Origin: Marinovum sp.
GTDB lineage: Bacteria; Pseudomonadota; Alphaproteobacteria; Rhodobacterales; Rhodobacteraceae
Reading direction: 5' to 3'
Assembly (NCBI GenBank): GCA_022447495.1
Contig: JAKVBH010000019.1
Span: 5,114 to 69,113, forward strand
Length of the DNA stretch: 64,000 nucleotides
Shown: piece by piece, positions 52,493 through 62,945 of the stretch
Layout: the number at the start of each line of letters is the position of its first letter
Numbering within the stretch: position 1 is the stretch's first letter
The notes under the pieces: generated by a model
Seen by the model: the letters and a program-made list of their open reading frames with translations, nothing else
What the model was told of the DNA's origin: nothing
The model's database searches: none
Position numbers and translations under genes: made by a program

Positions 52493-54313
52493 ATGTGTGG
52501 AATTGTAGGGTACTTGGGTCACAACGAGGCGGCGCCTATTCTGGTCGAAGCGCTCAAACGTTTGGAATATCGCGGCTACGACAGCGCGGGGATCGCTACG
52601 GTCAATGACACTGGTCTCGACCGCCGTCGCGCAGTGGGCAAGCTTGTGAACCTCTCTGACGTATTGGTGCATGACCCGCTGCCTGGGAAATCCGGCATCG
52701 GTCATACGCGATGGGCCACCCACGGTGCGCCCTCCGTTGGCAACGCACACCCGCATCGATCCGGCCCTGTTGCCGTGGTCCACAATGGGATTATCGAGAA
52801 TTTCCGCGAACTGCGCGCCGCATTGACGGAGGCAGGTTACGCACCAGAAACGGAAACCGATACTGAAATCGTCTCATTGCTCACGCAGATGCACATGGCG
52901 AGGGGTCTCGACCCTCAAGCTGCGGCTTTCGCAACGCTAGATCAGCTTGAGGGCGCCTTTGCTCTGGCATTCCTCTTTGACAGCGAAGATGACTTGATCA
53001 TCGCCGCGCGCAAAGGGTCGCCCCTCGCCATCGGCCATGGGGAGGGAGAGATGTATGTGGGCTCTGATGCCATTGCACTCTCGCCCCTCACCGACCGCAT
53101 CACCTATCTCGACGAAGGCGACCGCGCCGTTGTCACGCGCTTGAGCCTTGATATTTTTGATCACGCGGGACGTCGGGCCAACCGGCCGATCAAGACCGTC
53201 AGCATCGACGCGAGCAGTGCGGACAAAAGTGGCTATAAGCACTTTATGGCTAAGGAAATTGCGGAACAGCCCGCCGTAATCCAAAAGGCGCTGCAACACT
53301 ATGTCTCTGCCGACGGGATACTCACCTTCCCAGACAACGTGCCAGACTTTAACGAAGTTGACCGTGTCGTGATGGTGGCTTGTGGCACCGCATACTATGC
53401 CTGCCTGACGGCTAAATATTGGTTCGAGCAAGTGGCCCGCGTGCCCGTCGACGTCGATATCGCCTCTGAGTTTCGCTACCGCGAACCACCCGTCCCGGCC
53501 CGAACGATGGCGATTTTTGTGAGCCAATCCGGAGAGACTGCGGATACCCTTGCCGCGCTACGATACGTCGACGGCAAAGCGGCCAAGATCGTCTCAATCG
53601 TCAATGTGGCCGAAAGCTCCATCGCCCGTGAGAGCGACGTGGCATTGCCAATTTTGGCGGGTACAGAAATTGGTGTCGCCTCAACCAAAGCCTTCACATG
53701 CCAGCTCACAGTGCTGCTATCGTTTGCGTTGAAAGCGGCGGCGGATCGAGGGGCCATGAGCGACGGAGCATTGGCCGACACGCTGGCTCAGTTCAAAATG
53801 CTACCAAGCCAAATCAATGATGCGTTGGTCACATCGGGCGATGTAAACGAGATTTGCCAAGAGCTTGCAGAGGCACGCGATATCCTCTTTTTGGGCCGCG
53901 GCCTGATGTACCCCATCGCTCTTGAGGGCGCACTAAAACTAAAGGAAATCAGCTATATACATGCCGAAGCTTATGCGTCAGGCGAACTAAAGCATGGCCC
54001 CATTGCCCTCATCGATCCAGCGGTTCCTGTTGTGGTATTTGCCCCCATGGACGGCCTCTTCGACAAATCGATCTCCAACATGCAAGAGGTTATGGCGCGC
54101 GGTGGTCGGGTCCTCTTAGTAAGCGACGCGCCGGGCCTAGACGCAGGGCGTGAAGGTGTCTGGCGAACGCTGGTTATGCCGACTGTGCCGGAGCTTTTGA
54201 GCCCCATTCTCTATGCCGTGCCCGCGCAACTTTTGGCCTATCACACGGCGGTCACCAAAGGCACCGATGTCGACCAGCCACGTAACCTCGCGAAGTCTGT
54301 CACCGTTGAATGA
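52493..54313 (+). CDS. glmS: Glutamine-fructose-6-phosphate transaminase
   Basis: MCGIVG, LEYRGYDSAG, GHTRWATHG, SQSGETADT, PRNLAKSVTVE. Confidence 0.98.
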   Translation: MCGIVGYLGHNEAAPILVEALKRLEYRGYDSAGIATVNDTGLDRRRAVGKLVNLSDVLVHDPLPGKSGIGHTRWATHGAPSVGNAHPHRSGPVAVVHNGIIENFRELRAALTEAGYAPETETDTEIVSLLTQMHMARGLDPQAAAFATLDQLEGAFALAFLFDSEDDLIIAARKGSPLAIGHGEGEMYVGSDAIALSPLTDRITYLDEGDRAVVTRLSLDIFDHAGRRANRPIKTVSIDASSADKSGYKHFMAKEIAEQPAVIQKALQHYVSADGILTFPDNVPDFNEVDRVVMVACGTAYYACLTAKYWFEQVARVPVDVDIASEFRYREPPVPARTMAIFVSQSGETADTLAALRYVDGKAAKIVSIVNVAESSIARESDVALPILAGTEIGVASTKAFTCQLTVLLSFALKAAADRGAMSDGALADTLAQFKMLPSQINDALVTSGDVNEICQELAEARDILFLGRGLMYPIALEGALKLKEISYIHAEAYASGELKHGPIALIDPAVPVVVFAPMDGLFDKSISNMQEVMARGGRVLLVSDAPGLDAGREGVWRTLVMPTVPELLSPILYAVPAQLLAYHTAVTKGTDVDQPRNLAKSVTVE

Positions 54314-54418
54314 TGGGGGTCGACCAGCAGGCTCGCACCAATGGCGCCGAGATAGTCGTCACCCGGCGCCAGTCGCGCTCCCTCAGGGTATTTTGCGGCA
54401 GAAGAAGCGGAGAACCGC

Positions 54419-55132
54419 GTGAAGATCGACGAAGCACTCGCTGCGCTATCCGCCAACGGTGATGCAAAAAAAGCGGCCGAGATGGCGGCCTACCATAAGG
54501 TGGACCGGCGCTACTTGGGCGTCGCCAACCCTGCCCTAGATGAGATGACGCGCGCATGGCGGCGCAGCATGACGCTGGACGAACGGCTTCGCTTGGCCGC
54601 GGCGCTTTGGTTCGAAGATTGTCACGAGACGCGCATCGCCGCCGCCAAGCTCTTGACACAGGCGCGCATTCGCCCGGATGGCGAGGTCTGGCACATGATC
54701 TTATCATGGATGCCGGACTTTGATGCCTGGGCAATTGCAGATCATGCCTGCATGGCCGGTCATCGCAGGGTCATCGCTGAGCCAGCGCGGCTTGATGAGG
54801 TTGAGGCCTGGACGACATCAGAGCACCTTTGGACCAAACGCGCGGCATTGGTGATGACCCTGCCCTGGACCCGCATGCGCCACCCAAAACCCGAAGACGA
54901 CGTCGCGCGAGAACGCATATTGGGATGGGCTGCAAGCTATGTGCCAGACCAACGTTGGGTCATACAAAAGACCGTCGCCTGGTGGGTGCGGGATCTCTCT
55001 CGCCATGCGCCGGATCGCGCTCAATCATTTCTCGATGCTCATGGCGATCAAATGAAAACCTTTGCCCGACGTGAAGCAGAGCGGCACCTTAAGAACCGCC
55101 AGCAAACACCTGAATCTCAAGGAGACCGGTGA
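54419..55132 (+). CDS. AlkD-like DNA alkylation repair protein
   Basis: YLGVANP, HETRIAA, FDAWAIAD, LWTKRAA, IQKTVAWWVR. Confidence 0.82.
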   Translation: MKIDEALAALSANGDAKKAAEMAAYHKVDRRYLGVANPALDEMTRAWRRSMTLDERLRLAAALWFEDCHETRIAAAKLLTQARIRPDGEVWHMILSWMPDFDAWAIADHACMAGHRRVIAEPARLDEVEAWTTSEHLWTKRAALVMTLPWTRMRHPKPEDDVARERILGWAASYVPDQRWVIQKTVAWWVRDLSRHAPDRAQSFLDAHGDQMKTFARREAERHLKNRQQTPESQGDR

Positions 55133-55607
55133 GCGGCGCTCCGATCAGGCGCATCGCAGGCAAAGAGAGCTGACTTCCCGCTGTAGAAGGCCCATTAATT
55201 GGGCGTAACGTGAGAGCGGCGAAATTTCCTTTGTAGGCAACGCGGCCCGCTTGCTCTTGTTGAACAAGGGGCGTTTTCAGCCAGAACCCAGGGTCAGTGG
55301 GATCGCCAAGGGTTGCAACGGTTAGACCCAAAGCCCGCTCAGAACTTGCGGTTGGTGCTTTTGCCGCAGCTGCGCGCGCCTCTTGGCTGGTCGTATCAAG
55401 AGCCTCTGGTGTGCGTGCGGTTGCGCTTGGTGGAGGCGCCGCGTTAAGCGTAGCAGGCCTACTTTTTGGCCGACGCAAATCATCAGCATTATAAGGTGCT
55501 AAGGCGTCCGTCTCGCCCGCGCCGCCTCGCTCAGTCAAATTTGCGGTGCCCAATTGAGCGCACCCGGCCAAATTCAAAACCAAAAATACGATCACAATTT
55601 GTCTCAT
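55089..55607 (-). CDS. Hypothetical lipoprotein
   Basis: Lipobox LAGC; LGLTVATLGDPTDPGFWLKTPLV. Confidence 0.75.
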   Translation of the reverse strand: MRQIVIVFLVLNLAGCAQLGTANLTERGGAGETDALAPYNADDLRRPKSRPATLNAAPPPSATARTPEALDTTSQEARAAAAKAPTASSERALGLTVATLGDPTDPGFWLKTPLVQQEQAGRVAYKGNFAALTLRPINGPSTAGSQLSLPAMRLIGAPLTGLLEIQVFAGGS

Positions 55608-55690
55608 TCTCTTGATCTAGGTCCATTGGCGAGGTGGAGCAACGCGCTTTGCTCTTGTGAGTTGGTTTTCGCCCACGTATTTTCCTTGGC

Positions 55691-56698
55691 ATGGACGCAC
55701 CTCTAATAGATCCATTCGCCCGAGCGATCACCTATTTGCGGGTGTCCGTAACGGACCGCTGCGACTTTCGCTGCGTCTACTGCATGTCAGAGAACATGAC
55801 GTTCCTTCCCAAGAACGAATTGCTCACGTTGGAGGAACTTGATCGCATCTGCTCAACCTTTGTCGGCATGGGCGTTGAGAAACTCCGCATCACCGGTGGT
55901 GAACCTTTGGTGCGCCGCGACATCATGAACTTCTTTAGGTCGATGACGCGGCACCTCGATAACGGTGCGCTTAAAGAACTGACGGTGACGACCAACGGGT
56001 CACAGCTGGAACGTTTTGCGGATGATTTATGGAACGCAGGCGTGCGGCGGATCAACATCTCGCTTGATACGCGCGACGAACAGAAGTTTGCCGACATCAC
56101 GCGATGGGGCCGCCTGCCCCAGGTGCTGCGGGGGATAGATGCTGCGCAAAAGGCCGGCATGCGAGTCAAAATCAACACCGTTGCGCTCAAAGGTTTTAAC
56201 GAAGATGAGCTTTTGTCGCTGACCGAATGGTGCGCTGAGCGGGACATGGACCTCACATGGATTGAGGTCATGCCGATGGGTGACATCGGAAACGAAAACC
56301 GCTTGGACCAATATTGGCCACTTAAAGACCTTCGTACGTCTTTGGCAGACCATTACACGCTAACCGACCTTCCCGAAAGCACGGGTGGGCCAGCGCGCTA
56401 CGTACGGCTCGAAGAGACAGGTCAAAAGATTGGCTTCATCACGCCGTTGACCCACAACTTTTGTGAAAGCTGCAACCGCGTACGTCTCACCTGCACGGGT
56501 GAATTGTTTATGTGCCTCGGCCAGGAAGATAATGCAGACCTGCGCTCCGCGCTACGCAATCATCCAGACACAGACGAACCTCTCGAAGTCGCGATCCGAA
56601 ATGCGATCGCGCTCAAGCCAAAGGGGCACGATTTCGATTACTCTCGCCAACGACTGGATGGCCAAATGTCCCGCCATATGAGCCACACAGGCGGCTGA
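55691..56698 (+). CDS. moaA: GTP 3',8-cyclase (molybdenum cofactor biosynthesis)
   Basis: [27 protein letters not shown]...CL, C-terminal GG. Confidence 0.97.
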   Translation: MDAPLIDPFARAITYLRVSVTDRCDFRCVYCMSENMTFLPKNELLTLEELDRICSTFVGMGVEKLRITGGEPLVRRDIMNFFRSMTRHLDNGALKELTVTTNGSQLERFADDLWNAGVRRINISLDTRDEQKFADITRWGRLPQVLRGIDAAQKAGMRVKINTVALKGFNEDELLSLTEWCAERDMDLTWIEVMPMGDIGNENRLDQYWPLKDLRTSLADHYTLTDLPESTGGPARYVRLEETGQKIGFITPLTHNFCESCNRVRLTCTGELFMCLGQEDNADLRSALRNHPDTDEPLEVAIRNAIALKPKGHDFDYSRQRLDGQMSRHMSHTGG

Positions 56699-56735
56699 GC
56701 GTGTTTCGGCGTGGCCAATCGCAAGAAAGGTCGCC

Positions 56736-57110
56736 ATGATGCCTCAGGATTTTGTCTCTCAATACGAAAGCGCCCTAGGCACCCAAGAATGGGCGCAGGT
56801 AGCCCCTTTGATCCATGACGGGGCACGCGTTGTGTTTTCAAACGGTCGGTTGCTCGAAGGCAAGGCAGCGATCAAAGACGCATATGAAGCCAACTTCCGT
56901 GCGATTGAGGGCGAGGATTTTCGAATCGAGAACGTGCAATGGCTGACATCCTCTGACGCGAGTGCGGCTTACATGTTCGACTTTCATTGGGCGGGCATCA
57001 TCAACGGCACAGCGGCGTCTGGAGCGGGTCGCGGTATGGCTGTTTTGATCAATATGGGCGAAGCCTAGCAATTGATTGGTGAGCAACTCGGCCCTCGCGT
57101 CGACCGCTAA
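56736..57110 (+). pseudogene. NTF2-like (DUF4440/SnoaL) protein with premature TAG
   Basis: After TAG 57066-57068 the frame continues QLIGEQLGPRVDR to TAA 57110. Confidence 0.6.
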
Positions 57111-57127
57111 TTTGTCAACGATCCAGA

Positions 57128-57928
57128 CTACGCCCAATCGCCACCAAGATCCTCGGCTGATTGCGTGATCCAGTGATCTGTCAACCAATCACACCTCTTT
57201 GCGTAGCGGATGAATGATCCCGTGTAGCCCACTAATGCATCGGTCATTTTTGGTCTTCCGTGAAAACACACGACGCGTGCATCTGTAGGCAAGGTCGGCG
57301 GTCGCAGGTAGTTCGTTGGAAACGGATTGCAGTCGTATTTGAAGCTCACCACTTGGGTCTCTGGGATGTAGCTAAAACAGGCGTTGTCCATGCCCTTGTG
57401 CGACGTATAGCGCTGCTCTGAGCCGCGCGCTTTTTCGACTTCTTCATAAGGATTTGCAGCCAGGTCTCCAAAAAGAAACCCATGCACGGCTGGATCAAAT
57501 CGAAACACCGAACCATGGCCCGTTGGCCGCCCTTTGCGTTTCTCCGTCCAGTCGTGGCGCATACAGATGCGCCCTGGCTTCATGGACCAGATGGGTTCAA
57601 GGTCGCCGGTGATCACGACATCCAAATCGAAGCCCAAAACAGGACCATCGAGGTCAGGGACCAAGCCAGGCCGAAAGAGCGACACCTTGCGCATTGCACC
57701 CTGACGGTTGGCCACGGCCAGGGCCGCATTCATCGGTTCAGCAAATGGTTCAACTGGAAGATCGAGGACTTCGATGTCGGGATGCAAACCTTCGGCATGT
57801 TCGGTCATGCACATGAACCGAATGGGACGCTTCAAATTACGTCTGACACCTGAGTAGAGGCGATTGACATATTCGGGGCCAAAGAGCGTGCCCCATTTGA
57901 TGCACATGATGTTGGCGGTCTCAGTCAT
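57128..57928 (-). CDS. GT-A glycosyltransferase-like protein
   Basis: CIKWGTLFGPEYVNRLY, FDLDVVI (DxD), VCFHGRPK. Confidence 0.8.
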   Translation of the reverse strand: MTETANIMCIKWGTLFGPEYVNRLYSGVRRNLKRPIRFMCMTEHAEGLHPDIEVLDLPVEPFAEPMNAALAVANRQGAMRKVSLFRPGLVPDLDGPVLGFDLDVVITGDLEPIWSMKPGRICMRHDWTEKRKGRPTGHGSVFRFDPAVHGFLFGDLAANPYEEVEKARGSEQRYTSHKGMDNACFSYIPETQVVSFKYDCNPFPTNYLRPPTLPTDARVVCFHGRPKMTDALVGYTGSFIRYAKRCDWLTDHWITQSAEDLGGDWA

Positions 57929-58008
57929 AAGACCCGCCTAGCTCTCCGCTCTGCCACGGGCAAGGGCAGTTAAGAAAACAAAGTCCAAATTAGGCCCATG
58001 GCTGCCGC

Positions 58009-58046
58009 AAAAAGCCCGCGCCTTGGTGTCGGGGCGGGCTTTCTTT
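58009..58046. terminator. Bidirectional-looking intrinsic terminator after the M20 amidohydrolase
   Basis: AAAGCCCGC...GCGGGCTTT stem with A and T tails. Confidence 0.75.
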
Positions 58047-58080
58047 GTTCAAATCAGCACGACTTGGGTAAGAATGTATA

Positions 58081-59247
58081 TCAGCCAGCCGCGGGCATGC
58101 GTCGTTCGACGATCTCAGCCCACCAGGAGCAGCCCGCTGGAATGGCTTCATCGTTGAAATTGTATTCGGGGTGGTGCACCGCCGCAGTATCTCCATTACC
58201 AACGAGGATATACGCGCCCGGCCGTTCTTCGAGCATGAAGGCGAAGTCTTCCCCCCCCATCACAAGCGGCGCCTCTTCGCAAGCGCCGGAGACGTGAGTT
58301 GCGATCTCTGCGGCGAACGCAGTTTGTTCGTCGTGGTTGACCATCACTGGGTACCCACGATGATAGACCACCTCGGCCTTGCCGCCAAAGGTCACCGCTA
58401 CGCCGTCGCAGATTTCTTTGATGCGACGCTCCGCGAGGTCACGCATTTCTGGCGACATTGTGCGGACTGTACCTTTGAGCGCTACGCCTTGAGGGATCAC
58501 GTTGAAGGCATTTGACGAGGTTTCAAACGAGGTCACAGATACCACCACTTTATCGATGGGATCAGCGTTCCGGCTGGCAATTGTTTGCAAGGCAAGCACC
58601 GCTTGGGCCGCCATAACTGTGGTATCTACGGTCTCTTGTGGTTTTGCCGCGTGCCCACCCAAACCCTCGAACGCGATGTCAAACTGGTCTGTGGCGGCGA
58701 AGAATGGGCCGGAGCGGATCGCGAACGCCCCAACTGGTTTGCCGGGCCAATTGTGCATGCCATAGACCTCTTGGACGCCCCAGCGCTCCATCATGCCATC
58801 ATCACACATCTCTTTGCCACCGCCGCCACCTTCTTCGGCGGGTTGGAAGATGACAATGACCGTGCCATCGAAATTGCGGGTCTCAGCGAGATACTTGGCG
58901 GCACCTAAAAGCATCGCGGTATGCCCATCGTGGCCGCATGCGTGCATCGCGCCAGGGGTTTTGGAGGCATAATCAAGCCCTGTGGCCTCTAGGATTGGCA
59001 GTGCGTCCATGTCTGCGCGCAGACCAATTACCTTACCCGCCGTATCCGTTTTGCCTTTGATCACCCCGACCACGCCCGTACGCCCGATGCCTTCTGTGAC
59101 CTCTTCGCAGCCGAACTCTCGGAGTTTTTCCGCCACCAACGCGGATGTGCGATGGGTTTCAAATAGAATCTCAGGGTTCTCGTGGATGTCCCGGCGCCAT
59201 GCCGTAATCTCAGGTTGCAACTCGGCGAAGCGGTTCTTGACGGGCAT
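58081..59247 (-). CDS. M20D amidohydrolase (hippurate hydrolase-like)
   Basis: RADMDALP, MHACGHDGH, FQPAEEG, GGEDF, HHPEY. Confidence 0.92.
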   Translation of the reverse strand: MPVKNRFAELQPEITAWRRDIHENPEILFETHRTSALVAEKLREFGCEEVTEGIGRTGVVGVIKGKTDTAGKVIGLRADMDALPILEATGLDYASKTPGAMHACGHDGHTAMLLGAAKYLAETRNFDGTVIVIFQPAEEGGGGGKEMCDDGMMERWGVQEVYGMHNWPGKPVGAFAIRSGPFFAATDQFDIAFEGLGGHAAKPQETVDTTVMAAQAVLALQTIASRNADPIDKVVVSVTSFETSSNAFNVIPQGVALKGTVRTMSPEMRDLAERRIKEICDGVAVTFGGKAEVVYHRGYPVMVNHDEQTAFAAEIATHVSGACEEAPLVMGGEDFAFMLEERPGAYILVGNGDTAAVHHPEYNFNDEAIPAGCSWWAEIVERRMPAAG

Positions 59248-59250
59248 AGC

Positions 59251-60432
59251 TCAGTCTCCTTTGAGCAGGTCGATCAAACGAGCAAGAAAGTCCTGGCCCG
59301 CCTGGAATTGGCTAATTTCAATGAATTCATTGGGTTGGTGGGCCTGAGCGATGTCGCCTGGGCCGCACACGACGGCTGAGTAACCCGCTTCTTGGAACTG
59401 CCCCGCTTCAGTGGCGTAGCTGACCACATGGATGGCATTGTCGCCAGTGATGCGCCGCACGATGCCCTCGGCTTCACCTTCGGGCTCTGGCACCAAAGGT
59501 GGCACGTTGAAGAAAGGCGTGAGGGTGATGCCCGTCTCGGGCCGGATGGCTTTCATGCCCGCCTCAACCCCGACCACCGCTGCCCGGTAGGCCTCTTCTA
59601 AGACACCGGCATCATCGCCCGGCACGAGGCGCACAGACATGGCAAACTCGCAATCTTTGGCTGTGATGTTATGGGCCGTGCCACCTTCAATTTGTCCCAC
59701 GTGCCAAGTGGACCAATGCGGTTCGAAATCGACGGCCAAAGGATTGGGCTCGGAGGCTTGACCCGCCGCGTTTTGTGCGTTGGCCCATACAAGCAAAGGG
59801 CCGGCATTCATCACCGCAGACACACCAGTGTGGAGGATGGAACTATGAACTTCGAAACCATGCAGATGGGTCATCCACCCCAAACCGCCCTTGTGACCGG
59901 TCACAGCCTGCATCGTCGACGGCTCACCGACAATGACCGCCGAGGCCTTGGGCAAAACGCCTTGCATGGCCTCGATCATTGGAGGAGCGCCGGTGCAACC
60001 GACCTCTTCGTCGTAAGAGAGCGCCAATTGCAAAGGACGCTCCACCTCGGCGTAATGCGCCTCCACCAGCGCCCAAATTGCCAGGGCGTCGAAACCTTTC
60101 ATGTCACAGGTGCCGCGTCCATAGAGACGGCCATCTTTTTCAATGACGACAAAGGGATCCGTGTCCCAAGCCTGGCCATCCACTGGGACTACATCAGTGT
60201 GCCCTGAGAGCACCACGCCGCCCGAGATTTTCGGCCCCACATGCGCGAAGAGCGCGGCCTTGGTGCCGTCCTCATGCCAGTGTCGGTGGCTTTCGATACC
60301 ATGGGACGCAAGATAGTCGTCCACCCAATCGATCAACGGTAAGTTCGTGTCTCGACTGACCGTCGGGAACGCCACAAGAGTTTCTAGAATCGCACGGGGC
60401 GACAGCCGTTCTGGAGTTGGGTTGTCACGCAT
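59251..60432 (-). CDS. argE: Acetylornithine deacetylase-like M20 peptidase
   Basis: SGHTDVVP, GRGTCDMKG, YDEEVGC, AHQPNE. Confidence 0.85.
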   Translation of the reverse strand: MRDNPTPERLSPRAILETLVAFPTVSRDTNLPLIDWVDDYLASHGIESHRHWHEDGTKAALFAHVGPKISGGVVLSGHTDVVPVDGQAWDTDPFVVIEKDGRLYGRGTCDMKGFDALAIWALVEAHYAEVERPLQLALSYDEEVGCTGAPPMIEAMQGVLPKASAVIVGEPSTMQAVTGHKGGLGWMTHLHGFEVHSSILHTGVSAVMNAGPLLVWANAQNAAGQASEPNPLAVDFEPHWSTWHVGQIEGGTAHNITAKDCEFAMSVRLVPGDDAGVLEEAYRAAVVGVEAGMKAIRPETGITLTPFFNVPPLVPEPEGEAEGIVRRITGDNAIHVVSYATEAGQFQEAGYSAVVCGPGDIAQAHQPNEFIEISQFQAGQDFLARLIDLLKGD

Positions 60433-60796
60433 CAGGGATTGCCTCGCCAAACAAGATCATGGTGCAGTCTTCATCAACCACGTGAAATTCGCTTTGGCCA
60501 TAGGGTAGATCAAATGGCGCGCAGATCCTGGCCTCTGGCACCGTGTCCTGCGCTAGTTTCATGGCCGAGTACATTGCATCCAGCCCATCAACACGGAAAG
60601 AGGCTTGGCTGTCCGGCATAGCGTGACCCATGCAAACGCCCACATTTAGAGGCCGCAGACCCACGCCGTCGCAGTGCATGTCATAGCCCCCCTCAACCTT
60701 GGCGCCCAAGGCAAAGCCAAGAATGCCGCCATTCAAACGCACCTGGACCGGCATATCAGTGTATGGGACAAGCGGCATCACTTCGGTCAGTTGCAA
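60425..60796 (-). CDS. VOC/bleomycin-resistance-like protein, possibly degenerate
   Basis: ILGF, PFDLPYGQSEFHVVDED...ILFGE; TTG start. Confidence 0.65.
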   Translation of the reverse strand: MQLTEVMPLVPYTDMPVQVRLNGGILGFALGAKVEGGYDMHCDGVGLRPLNVGVCMGHAMPDSQASFRVDGLDAMYSAMKLAQDTVPEARICAPFDLPYGQSEFHVVDEDCTMILFGEAIPDA

Positions 60797-60801
60797 GGTG
60801 A

Positions 60802-62634
60802 TCAGTACCCACTATCCGTAGTGAGCACAAAGTGACCTGGGGCAACTTCTTCATATTCCGACGGCGCGGGCGCGTATTCCAACGGGTGAATCGGCGACGG
60901 AATCGGCTTGAAATTAAGTTCCTTTTCCGACTTGCGCTGACGCGGGTCGGCGATGGGGACAGCTTTGATCAGGGCTTGCGTATAGGGGTGCTTGGGGTCC
61001 TCAAAGATTGAAGCTCGCGGGCCAAGCTCTACGATACGACCTAGGTACATAACGCCTACGTTGTGGCTCACCCGCTCCACCACGGCCATGTCGTGAGAGA
61101 TAAAGAGGAACGAGAGACCCAACTCGGATTGAAGCTCCATCATTAGGTTGAGCACTTGCGCCTGCACCGACACGTCGAGCGCAGAAACCGCTTCGTCCGC
61201 GATGATAAGCTTGGGATTGAGGGCGAGCGCCCGGGCAATGGCGATACGTTGGCGTTGCCCCCCGGACAACTCGTGCGGATAGCGCCGCATGAAGCTGCGC
61301 GGCAGTTCAACGCGATCAAAGAGCATTGCGATGCGATCCTGCATCTCAGAGCCAGACGCCACGCCAAAATTCTTCATTGGCTCGGCCACTTGGTCAGAGA
61401 GCTGCATCTGCGGATTAAGGCTTGCAAATGGGTCTTGGAAGATCATCTGCATATCGCGCCGCGCTTTGCGGAGGTCGCCAGAGTTGAGGCTCATTATGTC
61501 TTTGCCATCGAGCGTGATCTGGCCGGATTGCGGTTCAACGAGGCGTAGGATCGAGCGTCCAGCGGTGGACTTACCGCATCCTGATTCTCCCACTAGACTC
61601 AGGGTCTGACCCTGATTGATTGTGAAAGATACGTCTTCGGTGGCGTGCACTTGAGCAACCGTGGAGCGGAAAAAACCGCCCTTCACCGGGAAACGCGTCA
61701 CCAAATTTTTCACTTCGAGCAACGGCTTGTCCGTGCCCATGATCGGTTCAATCTTTTGATCTTCCACCCCGAACAGCTTCATGGGCTCGGGGTACAATTT
61801 GCCCTTCATCTCGCCCAGTTTCGGCACAGCCGCCAACAACGCTTTGGTATATTCGTGCTGGGGCGATTCGAAGATTTGCTCTGCCGGGCCCTCTTCAACT
61901 TTTTCGCCTCGGAACATCACGACGACGCGGTCGGCCATCTGAGCTACCACGGCCATGTCGTGAGTGATAAACATCACAGCAGTGCCTGTCTCGCGTTTCA
62001 AACGATCCATAAGAGCGAGGATTTCGGCTTGAATGGTCACGTCGAGCGCCGTGGTCGGCTCGTCTGCGATCAAAAGTCGCGGCTCACATGCCAAAGCCAT
62101 AGCGATCACAACACGCTGGCGCATGCCGCCCGAGAGTTCATGGGGATATTGCGAAATGCGCCGTTCAGGTTCCGGGATACGTACTTGACGCAACAGTTCG
62201 ATCGCCCGTGCTTCGGCATCCTTGGTGGGCATGCCCTTGTGCAGCTTTAGACCTTCCGTAAGCTGTCTGCCTACTGTGAACACTGGGTTCAACGCGGTCA
62301 TCGGCTCTTGGAAGATCATGCCGATCTCATTGCCGCGGATTGTGCGCATCAGATCTTGATCGGTCCCTGCAAGGTCAATTTGGCCGCCATTGCGACGATC
62401 AAAGAGCAACTTGCCGCTGGCGATGGTGCCGCCACCGAACTCGATCAAGCGCATCAGCGCGAGCGAAGAGACGGATTTGCCAGACCCAGATTCGCCCACG
62501 ATGGCCACAGTTTCACCCGCAGCGACATCAAAGCTCACGTCTTTGACGCCTGCGACCGTCCCATCTTTTGTTTGGAATTCGACCCGTAGGTTTTGGATCG
62601 TCGCGATCTTTTGTTCGGCACTATGGTCGAGCAT
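60802..62634 (-). CDS. Peptide ABC transporter ATP-binding protein with two NBDs
   Basis: GESGSGKS and GESGCGKS, two YPHELSGG signatures, HPYTQAL. Confidence 0.95.
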   Translation of the reverse strand: MLDHSAEQKIATIQNLRVEFQTKDGTVAGVKDVSFDVAAGETVAIVGESGSGKSVSSLALMRLIEFGGGTIASGKLLFDRRNGGQIDLAGTDQDLMRTIRGNEIGMIFQEPMTALNPVFTVGRQLTEGLKLHKGMPTKDAEARAIELLRQVRIPEPERRISQYPHELSGGMRQRVVIAMALACEPRLLIADEPTTALDVTIQAEILALMDRLKRETGTAVMFITHDMAVVAQMADRVVVMFRGEKVEEGPAEQIFESPQHEYTKALLAAVPKLGEMKGKLYPEPMKLFGVEDQKIEPIMGTDKPLLEVKNLVTRFPVKGGFFRSTVAQVHATEDVSFTINQGQTLSLVGESGCGKSTAGRSILRLVEPQSGQITLDGKDIMSLNSGDLRKARRDMQMIFQDPFASLNPQMQLSDQVAEPMKNFGVASGSEMQDRIAMLFDRVELPRSFMRRYPHELSGGQRQRIAIARALALNPKLIIADEAVSALDVSVQAQVLNLMMELQSELGLSFLFISHDMAVVERVSHNVGVMYLGRIVELGPRASIFEDPKHPYTQALIKAVPIADPRQRKSEKELNFKPIPSPIHPLEYAPAPSEYEEVAPGHFVLTTDSGY

Positions 62635-62945
62635 GGCGGTCCTATCATCCCCTTTTAAGCATGAGGCTAGTGGTCACAAGCTGTAGCGTCAAACACTCTC
62701 GCGACATTGAAGCAAAACTGCCCAATTTGCTATCACTCTACCCGACGTTGTCTGCGTTAACGCAATCACAGCGCTTGCAATTTGCGTGGATCGTGTTTCG
62801 ATAGAGGCACTTGGGGGTGAGTTCGGACCAGCGGCAACCGAGTTTCGAGGTTGATTGTTTTTCCGGCACCACGTCCCACGGCAACTAGAAGGCTAGCGTT
62901 CCGACCCGCTCTTGGGGCGTGGCCTGGTCCAACAAGGAGAGAAGA

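Noticed and set aside
54313-54418. TGATG-coupled 13-codon mini-ORF after glmS
   Set aside because: Too short to support; may be a deletion remnant
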